In this document: positions 45,573 through 55,798 of the stretch, in pieces
How positions within the stretch are numbered: the first letter of the stretch is position 1
How the letters are laid out: the number at the start of each line of letters is the position of its first letter
Virus record (IMG/VR): IMGVR_UViG_3300025853_000035
Location: 64,001 to 128,000 of that record
Direction: 5' to 3' (one strand)
Length of the DNA stretch: 64,000 nt
DNA from: a virus
Lineage: Duplodnaviria; Heunggongvirae; Uroviricota; Caudoviricetes
Notes under the pieces: generated by a model
What the model was told of the DNA's origin: nothing
Database searches by the model: none
Seen by the model: the letters and a program-made list of their open reading frames with translations, nothing else
Translations under genes and position numbers: made by a program

Positions 45573-47104
45573 TATCCGGGGACCACGTTATCGAAGACCT
45601 TGGCGTTATATTCCGGGTCATCGAAGGCCACGACAAAATGAGGTGCATCAGGCTCCGAAGACGGGATCACGAAGTTCCCATCAGCATTCGTGAAGGCTTC
45701 CCCAAGGAGGTCTCCCGTGCGCTTGTTATAGAGCAAAACGCGCTTACCTTCGACGCCAACGCCATTTTCCTGAACCGCACCAGCTACGGTCTTGAGCGGA
45801 CCAGCCGGCATGGCGAACGACGTGATGCGTCCACCAACAGGCGGCTCACCATGAACGAATCCGAAGTTATGCGTCATTTCAATCGACGAATAACGCGGCG
45901 AGGTATCAATGATCGGGATCGAGAACGTGTCGGTCTCCATGCTGCGGTAGCCCACCGGAGGGGTGTAGAGGAAATCCTCCGCTGCCAGTGTGAGGGTGAT
46001 TACCCCATTGAGCGCAGAGAAGCTGGCCGCAGGGAACGCCATGACCGGATCGTAGGCGCTAACATCGATCCCCCCGACCTGAGCCGCCGGGTCGGCGGTG
46101 CCGTTATTATTCCAGCTTCCGGTGTTGACTTTGAACCACACCTGCTTGGAGCCGGGGTGGTAAGCAACAGAGACACGGTCGCCGGTGGTGAACGCCGCCA
46201 GTGTTGCCAGAGTGACGTTGTTGAGGCGGACGAGGCCGTCGTTCTGGTAGACGAAATTGTTGGTGGTCGTGCCGAGTGCAATGACGCCGCGATTCTGGTG
46301 AATGTTGACAAATCCAACACCCATCGTTCCAACCAAGGCTTCGATCTTGGCTTCGAAATAGGTCATACCGGAAATCTGGCGGGTGCCCGCAGCGGCATTG
46401 CACGCCGTCACCGCAGTCGCCGTCAGTCCTCCATTCGCCGCGCCCCGGCTGACACGCACAGCGGCGGCGTAGCTCTGCACGTTTGCGCCCAAGGTGATGG
46501 TATCCTTAACCTTGCGAGCAGCGGGGGCGGACAACACCCCGAACGCCGAGCACACCGGGCGACCGGTGATCGTATGTGTCATCGGGTGATCAGCAAAGCT
46601 TACCGTGGTGTTCGTTTCGATCGCAGCGAACAGCAGGTAAGTATCATTCGCACCATATCCAATATACATGTCGAACGGGGCGGTCGTCGTGTTGGATTGA
46701 CGCGACCACAACAAGGAAGCCGACGGGTTCTGAGACCCGTCAAAGGTGGCCACACCAATCCCGCCAGAGGAAGCGTTGCTACAGATAATCGTAATACCGC
46801 CTGCTGTGATGTGGTCGGCTGTAACTTTGATGGAGAAAGCATAACCAGAGACGGGCGTGCCGCCTCCACTCCGATACTCCATGCGGATTTCGTTGGGGAC
46901 GGCGCTGAAATCCCAGCCCGACGAAGCGATGAACACAGCGAGGTCACCCTCCTGCGTGCCGGCTGGCCACGGCACGAAGATGGTGGGGCTGGTGATGTCC
47001 GACAAGAGGGAGCCGCGCATGGTAACGGCTTCGCGGCTTCCCGATAGCACCACCGAAGTGGCGGCGCTGGAGCGCTCTTGGGTAAAGGCGGATCGAGTGG
47101 TCAT
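45572..47104 (-). CDS. Tail protein with SPRY/lectin-like domain
   Basis: YFEAKI...GVG...TGDRVSVAY...VWFKVN..W; C-terminal carboxypeptidase-regulatory-like fold. Confidence 0.72.
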   Translation of the reverse strand: MTTRSAFTQERSSAATSVVLSGSREAVTMRGSLLSDITSPTIFVPWPAGTQEGDLAVFIASSGWDFSAVPNEIRMEYRSGGGTPVSGYAFSIKVTADHITAGGITIICSNASSGGIGVATFDGSQNPSASLLWSRQSNTTTAPFDMYIGYGANDTYLLFAAIETNTTVSFADHPMTHTITGRPVCSAFGVLSAPAARKVKDTITLGANVQSYAAAVRVSRGAANGGLTATAVTACNAAAGTRQISGMTYFEAKIEALVGTMGVGFVNIHQNRGVIALGTTTNNFVYQNDGLVRLNNVTLATLAAFTTGDRVSVAYHPGSKQVWFKVNTGSWNNNGTADPAAQVGGIDVSAYDPVMAFPAASFSALNGVITLTLAAEDFLYTPPVGYRSMETDTFSIPIIDTSPRYSSIEMTHNFGFVHGEPPVGGRITSFAMPAGPLKTVAGAVQENGVGVEGKRVLLYNKRTGDLLGEAFTNADGNFVIPSSEPDAPHFVVAFDDPEYNAKVFDNVVPG

Positions 47105-47112
47105 GCGCTAAC

Positions 47113-48156
47113 TCAATATTCGAGGAGGAACTGCGTCGGAGTGCGGGTGTTGTCGAGGCGGCGGTAGTTGGAATTGACCGCAACGAAACTCTTACCCGTA
47201 AGCGTCCCTTCCGATGCAGTGATCGTGTCGCCGGGGCTGAAAGGCGCTTGATGCTGGGGCACCCAGAAGTTGCGGAGATACCCCCGCATCCCGGCCTGAT
47301 TGATGTAGACCGGGGCGAGCCACAACGCCCCATCCACCGGATTTGGATAAGGGAAGTAGTTGCGGTCGTTGTCGCTCCACCCGTTTGCGGCTGATCCTTC
47401 TTCGCCGTTTCCGGGCGTGCCGCCGCTGCCTGTCCACTGCGAGTAACCCCCGGAGCGGAGGTCGGCAATCTTACCGGCACGCGCCGAGGGAGTGATCTGG
47501 TTCCAGTGGCGCGAGCAATAGTGGCCGGGAATGTCCGAGAAGACAGTATAGCCGCTTTGTCCCCACGACCACGAACTCAGCGTTTCATTTCCGCCGTCGG
47601 TGTAGTTTTCCCTGAGACGACCGATAATGATCTGTGCGTAAGAGTCGCCTGTCTTGAAGCTCTCGAAGTCACCGAATACGAAACCGAAACCCGGCTCCCA
47701 CGGCGGCGTATCGTCTCCCGTCTGCACGAAGAGGTAGAGGGTCCACGCATCCGCAACAATCCACCAGCGACGGGCGGTGGCGTCGGTGGTGTTCGATTTG
47801 CGGACCGACAAGAAGCCCGTGCCGATCGAAGACTGCGAGGCGTTCGGGAACTGGCCTGTGCCGACGGGAGTAATAGCCGTCATGGTCTCGAAGCCGCAGA
47901 CACGCACTTCACGAGCGCCACCTGCGCCCGGCGCGGTGTCGTCCATATAGAGAATGATACCGGTTGGGTGGTTTCCTCCGTCCCCTTGCTGGTAGCCACG
48001 CTTGTTGGTTCCGGTCTGCGCGATCGTCCAGCCGGCGGCGGGCTTGGTTCCGTAGCCGTTGACAAGAACTGCGTCCAACAGATTGGTCAGGGAACCGATC
48101 TGCCCATTCAGCACCGGGGCCGAGTCATCATCGTGGCGATAGAGTCGGAAAGTCAT
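47113..48156 (-). CDS. Tail protein
   Basis: Y..DD.SAPVLNGQIGSL..LLDAVLVNGYG.KPAAGWT N-terminus seen in phage tail proteins. Confidence 0.7.
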   Translation of the reverse strand: MTFRLYRHDDDSAPVLNGQIGSLTNLLDAVLVNGYGTKPAAGWTIAQTGTNKRGYQQGDGGNHPTGIILYMDDTAPGAGGAREVRVCGFETMTAITPVGTGQFPNASQSSIGTGFLSVRKSNTTDATARRWWIVADAWTLYLFVQTGDDTPPWEPGFGFVFGDFESFKTGDSYAQIIIGRLRENYTDGGNETLSSWSWGQSGYTVFSDIPGHYCSRHWNQITPSARAGKIADLRSGGYSQWTGSGGTPGNGEEGSAANGWSDNDRNYFPYPNPVDGALWLAPVYINQAGMRGYLRNFWVPQHQAPFSPGDTITASEGTLTGKSFVAVNSNYRRLDNTRTPTQFLLEY

Positions 48157-48157
48157 G

Positions 48158-51100
48158 TTAGGAAATCCTGTTCAGGAGAAAGGTGAGGTTGATGTTGGCG
48201 AGGGTGGCGTCCGGTGAGTCAGGGCTTACGACTTGAAGGATGTCCCCCGCCGAGAAAGTGATGACGGCGGCCCCGGCGGTTGCGAAGGTCGGGGTAAGCG
48301 ACCCGGTGCTGTAAGTGATCGTGCCTACATCGGAGAACACGGTGGGGGTCGCAGCAGCGGCTCTCTGGAGTTTGTAAACTGCTGACAGGGACGCCAGTGC
48401 GGATGCCCCTCCCTGCGACCCGGCGCAGTTTGCTGGAAGCTGTGCCTCGGTGACGAAAGCGTGACGCAACAGGATCACACCCGCAGCAGTCATGATACCG
48501 GGGTAGAAAAGCGACGGCGCATAGATGAACGGGATCGTCGCTGATCCGGTGGCCGAGATGGTGATCGTATTAGCGGCATCGTTCACGCCGATACCCACAC
48601 CGGCCCCTGCGACGAGAGTCGCGCCGACCGTGTCACGGATGAATTCCGGGTCTACCGCGAAATTGATGACGTTGTTGGGATCATCATAAGTAACGACCGC
48701 CCCCGATGCCCCCGACACAGACGCTGCGACCGTGTCAATCAGAGACTCAGTATTCATCCCCAAGGTGATCGTGTTCGCGGTGTCGTCCACCGTCACTGAC
48801 ATGCCGGCACCGGCCTGCATGGTTGCGCCGATCGTATCCCGGATGAACTCCGGGTCGCTCTCGACATAGATCAGGTTGTTCCCGTCATCCTCCGTGATGA
48901 GGACGCCATTGCGCGGACGGAAGGCGGCCATCATCACGTCGCGAATGGTCTCCGCGTCCTGCGTTCCGAGACCAAGGTTGGTGATGGTGATCGAGTTCAT
49001 GAAATCGTTGTGAACGATCTCGATACCTTGCCCGGCCACCAGTGCTGCTGCCACGGTATCGCGCACCGCTTCCGGGTCGGGCGTCACGTCGATCTGGATG
49101 GAATTCGCGGCGTCGTCGGGCGTGACGGTGACATAGGGACCGCCCACGAGCGAAGCACCGATCAGATCGAGAGCTTCTTCCGCGCCGAACGTCGCATTGA
49201 CCTTGATGGTGTTGGCGTCGTCGTCAACGGTGACAGTGGTCCCCGTCCCGGCAACCAGCGCGGCTCCGATGGTGTCGCGGATATATTCCGCATCGGTTGT
49301 CCCGCCGGTTCCGGTGGCCGAGATCGTCACCGTGTTTGCGGTGTCGTTCACGTCGATGGTGATACCATCACCCGCCACGAGCGTGGTGCCGATCGCATCA
49401 CGCACGGTTTCCAGATCGATACCCGCAGACGAGATCGTGACCGTGTTGCCAGCATCGTCCACAGCGATGGTCACGCCCGTGCCGGCAACCAGCGTCGCGC
49501 CGATCAGGTCTCGGACGATTTCGGAATCGTAAGACGCCGCCGCGATCGTGATGGTATTGGCCGCGTCGTTGACGCTGATGGTAACATTGGCCCCGGCGAC
49601 CAATGTTGCGCCGATCGTGTCGCGGATATACTCCGGGTCCGTCGCGACAGTGATGGTGTCGGCCGCATCATTCGCGGCGATCTGGATGCCGTTACCGGCC
49701 ACCAAGGCGGCAGCGATCGTGTCGCGCACGCTCTCGGCATCGAAGCCTCCCTCGCCGCCACTACTCGTCGCCGTGATGGTGATGGTGTTGTTGTCGTCGT
49801 CAACCGCGATCGCGATGCCAATGCCCGCGACCAGCGCCTCGCTGACCGTATCCCGGATGAACTCCGGGTCGGAGTTGACGGCGATGGTGTTGCCCGCATC
49901 GTTGACCGTGACGGTCGTTCCCGTGCCGGCGACGAGAGCGGTTCCGATCGTGTCTCGGATATATTCCGGGTCGGCCGCGAAGGTGATGGTGTTGGCTGCG
50001 TCGTCCACCGAGACGGTGACGCCGACGCCACTACGCACCGCGTCTCCAATGGTGTCGCGGATGAACTCCGGGTCGGCGGAGATCGTGATGGTGTCCGCGC
50101 CGTCGTTGACCACGATCGAAGCGCCGCTGCCCGAACGGAGCGCGGTGCCGATCGTGTCACGGATGAACTCGCCGTCCGACGTGCCGGTCGAGTGGATCGT
50201 GATCGTGTCGTTGGAATCGTTGACCGTGATCGCGATATTGGTCCCGGCGACCAGCGCGGCCCCGATCGTGTCGCGGATGAACTCCGGGTCAGCAGTGCTG
50301 CCCGGCGTGATCGAATTGATCGTGATCGTGTTGGCGTTGTCGTCCACCACAAGCTGGGTGTTCGCGCCGGCCACGAGCGCAGCCGCCATCGTGTCGCGGA
50401 CGACTTCCGGGTCGGTCGTGTTGGTCGCACTGATCGTGATGGTGTCAGCCGTATCGTTCACGCTGATCGAGACGTTGGACCCCGCGCGCAAGGCGGCCCC
50501 GATCGTGTCGCGGACGACTTCACTGATCTCTTCCCACTCGCCGTTGCGACGCGCATAGGTTCCACCACCCGAGGGAGCTTCCTCGATAGTTTCAAGCGCT
50601 ATACCGTTAACTGAGAATGTCTGTGAAATGCCGCTTTCCCATGCGGCCGGCTCGCGTTGCCCAAGGTCAACCCATTCGATGCCCGAAGCGGCTTCGATGA
50701 TGAACTGCGCCGGGCTGAACTCGGGGAAGCCATTGATGGGGTAGAGGCGGACGTTGCGGATCGACTGAGCGGTCGGGAACTCATACTCGATCCACGAGCC
50801 GATCAGGTCGCCCTCGACCGAGAGCCAGCCATTACCCTCGCTGGTCAGGCCGTCGAAGGCGTAAGCAGCTTCCCGGCCTGTATCGAACGACGAGGCCGTT
50901 ACCACGCCCGATGCGACGCGGTTGAAGCCATCCACGTCGAGCATTTCAATCTCGCCCCAACCGACCTGCAACTCCGCGCCCGCCTCGACGGTGCGGATGC
51001 GCCAGCGCGTGGACGAGACCGATGACATGGCTTCGATCGGTGGGATGTCGATGAACTCGACACCAGTTTCGCTTGGGTTGACGGCAACGAGCTTACCAGA

Positions 51101-51748
51101 CATCCCGGCAAAGCCTGTCGGCGTATCGGTAAGCTGGGCGAACGTCATCGACAGCGTGCGCCATTCGACCGCTGTTGCCGTTCCGTTGAGCACCAGATAT
51201 TTGTTGGCGTTCCCGGTGTAGGAGGGGAAGACCGACACATCGACGAACTCGATTGCGTTCTCTTCGAGATTGACCGCGAGCACCCGGCCGGCATTGCCGG
51301 CGTAGGTTCCCGGCGAGTCATTCAGGCTCATGAACGAGACCGGCACTTCCGGCTCGGCCGCGACGATCATGTCCTGTCCGTTGACAGCCGCGACCAAGCG
51401 CGCCTGTCCGTTCGGCACGACGACGGTGTCGCCGGTGCCGGAAGCGAACTGGACGGTAAGAGGCTGGGTGGAGGTGTTGCGGACCACGAAGGTCCGGTTG
51501 AACGGGATGCCGTTGACTTCGTTCGGGAAGCGAAGCTGACAGGGTTCTGTCGCTTCGATCCCGTGGAAGATCATGTTGCGCGAAGCCTGCATCGCCGACA
51601 GCGAGTAGCTGTTGGCGGGGGCCAGCGAGACCGACAGGGTAGCGTTCGTCGCCGCTTCCAACGCGAGGATCGCGTCGTTAATGGTGACTTCTTTCTGGTT
51701 CTGGGATGCGGAGACTTGATTGATCCCCAGAATCGGCGTTGTCGGCAT
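48158..51748 (-). CDS. Long tail fibre/adhesin with 18 tandem repeats
   Basis: MPTTP start; discoidin-like domain; 18 repeats of DPEFIRDTIGAALVAG..I.VND.ANTITI. Confidence 0.82.
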   Translation of the reverse strand: MPTTPILGINQVSASQNQKEVTINDAILALEAATNATLSVSLAPANSYSLSAMQASRNMIFHGIEATEPCQLRFPNEVNGIPFNRTFVVRNTSTQPLTVQFASGTGDTVVVPNGQARLVAAVNGQDMIVAAEPEVPVSFMSLNDSPGTYAGNAGRVLAVNLEENAIEFVDVSVFPSYTGNANKYLVLNGTATAVEWRTLSMTFAQLTDTPTGFAGMSGKLVAVNPSETGVEFIDIPPIEAMSSVSSTRWRIRTVEAGAELQVGWGEIEMLDVDGFNRVASGVVTASSFDTGREAAYAFDGLTSEGNGWLSVEGDLIGSWIEYEFPTAQSIRNVRLYPINGFPEFSPAQFIIEAASGIEWVDLGQREPAAWESGISQTFSVNGIALETIEEAPSGGGTYARRNGEWEEISEVVRDTIGAALRAGSNVSISVNDTADTITISATNTTDPEVVRDTMAAALVAGANTQLVVDDNANTITINSITPGSTADPEFIRDTIGAALVAGTNIAITVNDSNDTITIHSTGTSDGEFIRDTIGTALRSGSGASIVVNDGADTITISADPEFIRDTIGDAVRSGVGVTVSVDDAANTITFAADPEYIRDTIGTALVAGTGTTVTVNDAGNTIAVNSDPEFIRDTVSEALVAGIGIAIAVDDDNNTITITATSSGGEGGFDAESVRDTIAAALVAGNGIQIAANDAADTITVATDPEYIRDTIGATLVAGANVTISVNDAANTITIAAASYDSEIVRDLIGATLVAGTGVTIAVDDAGNTVTISSAGIDLETVRDAIGTTLVAGDGITIDVNDTANTVTISATGTGGTTDAEYIRDTIGAALVAGTGTTVTVDDDANTIKVNATFGAEEALDLIGASLVGGPYVTVTPDDAANSIQIDVTPDPEAVRDTVAAALVAGQGIEIVHNDFMNSITITNLGLGTQDAETIRDVMMAAFRPRNGVLITEDDGNNLIYVESDPEFIRDTIGATMQAGAGMSVTVDDTANTITLGMNTESLIDTVAASVSGASGAVVTYDDPNNVINFAVDPEFIRDTVGATLVAGAGVGIGVNDAANTITISATGSATIPFIYAPSLFYPGIMTAAGVILLRHAFVTEAQLPANCAGSQGGASALASLSAVYKLQRAAAATPTVFSDVGTITYSTGSLTPTFATAGAAVITFSAGDILQVVSPDSPDATLANINLTFLLNRIS
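48540..50530 (-). repeat. 18 degenerate coding repeats of 34-43 aa
   Basis: Counted in the translation; boundaries approximate. Confidence 0.85.
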
Positions 51749-51797
51749 ACTATCCTCAATTGACAGTGTGTTCACTTAAACTGTCGGTGCTCGAAAG

Positions 51798-54700
51798 TCA
51801 ATAGACTTCGGTCATGTTCCAGCGGTTGGTGTCGATGCGTTCGAAGTGCATCCATTTGGGTGTGCCGTCCGCATACCCCGTCTCATATGCCTTGAGCAGG
51901 AAGCCCGTAGCGCCACCAAGAGAAGCGAGTGGGAAGGTGACAACCGGCGGGATGTCCAGCCCGGCCGCGTCAAACAACGGGAGCGGGGCGGAGATCGTCG
52001 GCGTCTTGACGGTTGCCGTGTCGTTCAAGGTGAGTCCGGCCCAGACGCTCCACATGATACGGGCGCTTGCCTTGTCGCCCTCTCGATAGTGGATGAACTC
52101 GCCGCCGTCCCGCATCGGGTCGATCACCCGCGAGCGACGGCTCATGGTGATCGATACCGTCGTGCCGTCGTCCTCGATCCCGAAGTCCTCCGGGGTGTAA
52201 GGCATCAGATCGCGCGGAACCAGCTTGGAAGCGTAAGGGACCGCGTCTTCCACTGCACCGGTGTCCGGCACAGCCTTGAAGGTATCGGTCGTGTAATAAT
52301 CTTCCGGCGGGCGGCTGTTTTTGATCAGGACCGATTCAGCCAGCAGGAGGAAGCGCTCACCCGGCTTGTGGTTGTTGACGGCATAGTTGGTGCCACGGCG
52401 GGCACGCAGGATGCCAGACAGATGCCACGAACCGTCTTCCTGCTTCGCCGCGTCGCGGAACTGGATGATCTCCTCACCCACGACAGCGGCGTTCAGGTAG
52501 TCGGTCAGCATATCCTCTTGCAGGACCGATTCCAGTTCGGCGTCGTCGTCGGTCAGGCGCACCCGGAGGACCGTCTGTTCGTCGGTGGACTCGTAGCTCT
52601 TGGTCTGCGGGAGGGCATTCACCACGAGGCCGGAGAGGTTGTCCGCCGAGATGTGGCCGATGGCTTCGAAATTGACCCCGCCGCCGGCATTCATGTAGAG
52701 GTAGGCCCCATTGAAGACCGGCGCGTCGGTGACCACCGTCAGATACAGCGTCGAGTTGCCGTCCGTGTTGTAGTCGATGTCACGCAGCAACGGCGTGTTG
52801 ATGACGAACGGCTGGCACGGGTAGGTGACCGGGATATATTGCACCGGTGCGTCGCCCGAGCTACCCACGGCGGTCGAGACATAGGCGGCAGCGCGCTCGC
52901 TGACGGCATCGATTTCCATCGTGAAGTCAGCGCCGATGTTCACCGAGTTGAAGCGCATGGTGTAGGTCGTGCCGTCGCGAAGCTGGACCGAAGCAATGTC
53001 TGCCGGGTCATACTTCATGTAGCGCCACGGCAGCGTGAACTGGTAGCTCCAGCGGTTCGCCCACATCATCTTGAGAATCTTCTCGGCGCACTGCTTGGCG
53101 TTGGATGCCTGCCATGTGATCGGCAGTTCCATGATCTCTTCCTTCGCCGTCCACATGGTCGGGACAGGTGCGGAAACACGCTTGGCAGATTGAGTGTTCT
53201 GCTGATGGTCGCGGGCAACGTCGTAATAGTTGACCGAGACGCGCATCGGCATTTCGAGTTCCTGCGTCAGCGTTTCCTTGACGGTCATGCCGTCATCGCC
53301 CGATCCGATCCAGTCCTCCGGGATGGTGACAGCCGTGGTCAGGCCGCGCGAGCGCAGCTTGAGCCGGTAGTCGCTCTCGAACCCGTCGAACAGGTAGCCG
53401 GTGGCAAGCTGCTTGAGGGCATCGCGCGCCGAGCATTCGCGATCGATCAGGTAGCCGACGAGGCTCCCTTCCGACAGTTCCGTGAAGTCGAGGTCATCGT
53501 TGGTCAGGACGCCGCTGCGAAGGCAGATGGCGCGGGCGACGTTCTCCACCGTGCTGGCTTCGCCGGTCGATCGGAAATAGACGCGCCGGTAGGCGTTCTG
53601 CGTGGCCATGACCAAGCTGCCGGACTGGTCGTCCCAATACTGGTTGCCGCCGGCGGCTGCTGCCGATCCCCACTGCATATCTGTGGTGGAAATACCCTTG
53701 TTGAGGGTCAAGGCTCCGGTCTGGATGTCGATCTCTTGGAACAACGCCCCGGTGGACAACGTGTAGGTATACCAGCCGAAGGAGCCGCCAGCGATCCGGC
53801 TGTGCTTCATGTCCGTCGGTGGTTTCAGGTTCGCAGGTGTGGTGACGAACTTGTAGGTGTTGTTCGGGACCGACCACTTGAAAGCGACAGCCACGCCGCT
53901 CTGGTTGATGCCCATCGCGAAGATGCAGTCGTCGGTCGGATCGTAAAGCACAACCCGAGGGGTGAAGCGTGTGTGTCCGGTCGGGACAAGATAAGCCGTG
54001 CGGCTGGACCAGCCGCTGGACTGAGTCCAGCGAGAACCATTCGCGTCAGTTGCGACGTTGCCTTTCGACCCGGCCGGGATGTTATAGATCAGGAGTTCGA
54101 GGCGGTTGTTCGCCGAGCGCCAGCCAATGATCTCCGAGGAGTTGTCGCCTTGACGGCCCGAGAATGCGTTGCTCGGGGTGAAGGGAGCCTTCTCGGTGAA
54201 CACAGGGATGCTATCGTTCTGGGCGAAGCACCACACCGACCGGGTGTGGTCGAAGTGCATGTAATAGAGTTGCCGGCCGGTGCCGCCGTTGACATAGGTA
54301 TGGCCTGCCGTCCCCAGCGCGCCATACTGCTCGATCAGGTTCCCGGAGGCATCGATGAACACGCCGCCCAGCGACGACCCGTCCTTACCGATCGTGTCCA
54401 TTCGGCTGAACCCGTTCATCTCATACATCTCGATCGGGCGCGAGTTGCCGGTCCCGACTTCGGAGAAGTAGAGACCTGCGCCCGGAACGACATAATTGCC
54501 CGAGTTCCCGGATGGCGTGAACGCAGTGGTCCGCCCGCCGGACAGCGGGGTCGCATACATTTCGGCCATGGTGCCGAGGTCGAAGACCTTGACGGAGCCT
54601 CCGCCGACGTTCGCGTAGATGCGGCCGGTCTCCCAATCAGGATACCAAGTGCTGTAGATCGGCGAGGTTGCGCCCGACGACGTAGCAGCGATCGCAGGGA

Positions 54701-55382
54701 AGGCGGCTGCTTCGGTCTTGCTCACCTCGACGGTGATCGACGGGATGCGATTACCGAAATCGTCAAGCTGGAGCTTTTCGAACACGAGATAGCACAGGCC
54801 ACGGTGCGCCGAGACATTGCCCGCGCCCTTATGAGCCGAGATCAGCGAGTCAGGAAGCTGGTCTTCGGTGCCACGATAGACGCGGACCTTTACGCTCTTC
54901 TTGCCCTTCGATTTCGAACTCATCAAGGTGACCAAAGCGCTGCCAAAGTCGAAGTTACCGAACGTGCCACCGATGGTGCGTGAGGTGCTGCTCGATTGAT
55001 CCCAGATCAGTTTGCCGTCGGCCCAGATACGCAGGACGTTCGTGATCGGTCCCCGGCACAGGCCGACGGCGAAGGTGGCGTCGTAGGTATAGGTCGTCTG
55101 CTTGGGGGCACCCTTACCGCCGCTCTTGTGCTTGGTTTCCTTGATGCCGGAGGTCCAGATCAGGTTCGTGCCAAGGCGGACCGTCCCATAGATTTCCGGG
55201 ATGGCCGCGCCGTAGGTCGAGGCGGTGACCTTGAGGTCTTGCAGGCGCGGGCCTTTGATCGACGGACCGAACAGCAGGCCGCCCACCATGCCACCGAGTT
55301 GCATACCGATAGCAGCGCCCATCGGGCCGCCGACCAGAAAACCTGCGACGCCGCCGACGACGGTCATGACTAGCTGACCCAT
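51798..55382 (-). CDS. Central tail/host-specificity protein (GTA megatron-like)
   Basis: GPRLQDLKVTASTYGAAIPEIYGTVR, AHRGLCYLVF, WHLSGILRARRGT. Confidence 0.88.
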   Translation of the reverse strand: MGQLVMTVVGGVAGFLVGGPMGAAIGMQLGGMVGGLLFGPSIKGPRLQDLKVTASTYGAAIPEIYGTVRLGTNLIWTSGIKETKHKSGGKGAPKQTTYTYDATFAVGLCRGPITNVLRIWADGKLIWDQSSSTSRTIGGTFGNFDFGSALVTLMSSKSKGKKSVKVRVYRGTEDQLPDSLISAHKGAGNVSAHRGLCYLVFEKLQLDDFGNRIPSITVEVSKTEAAAFPAIAATSSGATSPIYSTWYPDWETGRIYANVGGGSVKVFDLGTMAEMYATPLSGGRTTAFTPSGNSGNYVVPGAGLYFSEVGTGNSRPIEMYEMNGFSRMDTIGKDGSSLGGVFIDASGNLIEQYGALGTAGHTYVNGGTGRQLYYMHFDHTRSVWCFAQNDSIPVFTEKAPFTPSNAFSGRQGDNSSEIIGWRSANNRLELLIYNIPAGSKGNVATDANGSRWTQSSGWSSRTAYLVPTGHTRFTPRVVLYDPTDDCIFAMGINQSGVAVAFKWSVPNNTYKFVTTPANLKPPTDMKHSRIAGGSFGWYTYTLSTGALFQEIDIQTGALTLNKGISTTDMQWGSAAAAGGNQYWDDQSGSLVMATQNAYRRVYFRSTGEASTVENVARAICLRSGVLTNDDLDFTELSEGSLVGYLIDRECSARDALKQLATGYLFDGFESDYRLKLRSRGLTTAVTIPEDWIGSGDDGMTVKETLTQELEMPMRVSVNYYDVARDHQQNTQSAKRVSAPVPTMWTAKEEIMELPITWQASNAKQCAEKILKMMWANRWSYQFTLPWRYMKYDPADIASVQLRDGTTYTMRFNSVNIGADFTMEIDAVSERAAAYVSTAVGSSGDAPVQYIPVTYPCQPFVINTPLLRDIDYNTDGNSTLYLTVVTDAPVFNGAYLYMNAGGGVNFEAIGHISADNLSGLVVNALPQTKSYESTDEQTVLRVRLTDDDAELESVLQEDMLTDYLNAAVVGEEIIQFRDAAKQEDGSWHLSGILRARRGTNYAVNNHKPGERFLLLAESVLIKNSRPPEDYYTTDTFKAVPDTGAVEDAVPYASKLVPRDLMPYTPEDFGIEDDGTTVSITMSRRSRVIDPMRDGGEFIHYREGDKASARIMWSVWAGLTLNDTATVKTPTISAPLPLFDAAGLDIPPVVTFPLASLGGATGFLLKAYETGYADGTPKWMHFERIDTNRWNMTEVY

Positions 55383-55798
55383 TAGTAATCAAATCCCTTG
55401 AAGCGGCGAATTTCGATCAGCAGGCGCGGCCACTCGTGGAGGAAAGGCTCCTCCATGACCTGCCCGACCGAAGCGTTGGAATGGATGAATCCGAGCACGC
55501 CCTGATACTCGGTGAAGATGCCAATGTGGCAGGGCTGGGAACTGCCCCGGAAGATCGCCATGGTTCCCGGCAGCGGCTCGATCTCGGGGAGGGTGTTGTC
55601 GCGGATGTGGCCGAGGAACTTCTCAGGGTCAGGCGATCGGCGGTAGCCCTGCATGTCCGCGATGGGCGAACCGGCGTCGGCCGTCGCACAGACGATGAGA
55701 CCGGCGCAATCGATACCAGCACGATTGCGGCCTTGGTGCATCCACTTGCAGCCCATATAGCTGCGGGCGGCTTCGATCAGATCATGATTACTTGGCAT
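55382..55798 (-). CDS. NlpC/P60 tail-associated peptidase
   Basis: ARSYMG..W.HQGR...GIDCAGL...HIGI...FIHS. Confidence 0.92.
   Translation of the reverse strand: MPSNHDLIEAARSYMGCKWMHQGRNRAGIDCAGLIVCATADAGSPIADMQGYRRSPDPEKFLGHIRDNTLPEIEPLPGTMAIFRGSSQPCHIGIFTEYQGVLGFIHSNASVGQVMEEPFLHEWPRLLIEIRRFKGFDY

Noticed and set aside
43788-51748. Diversity-generating retroelement acting on the tail fibres
   Set aside because: No reverse transcriptase in the window and no template/variable repeat pair differing only at adenines.
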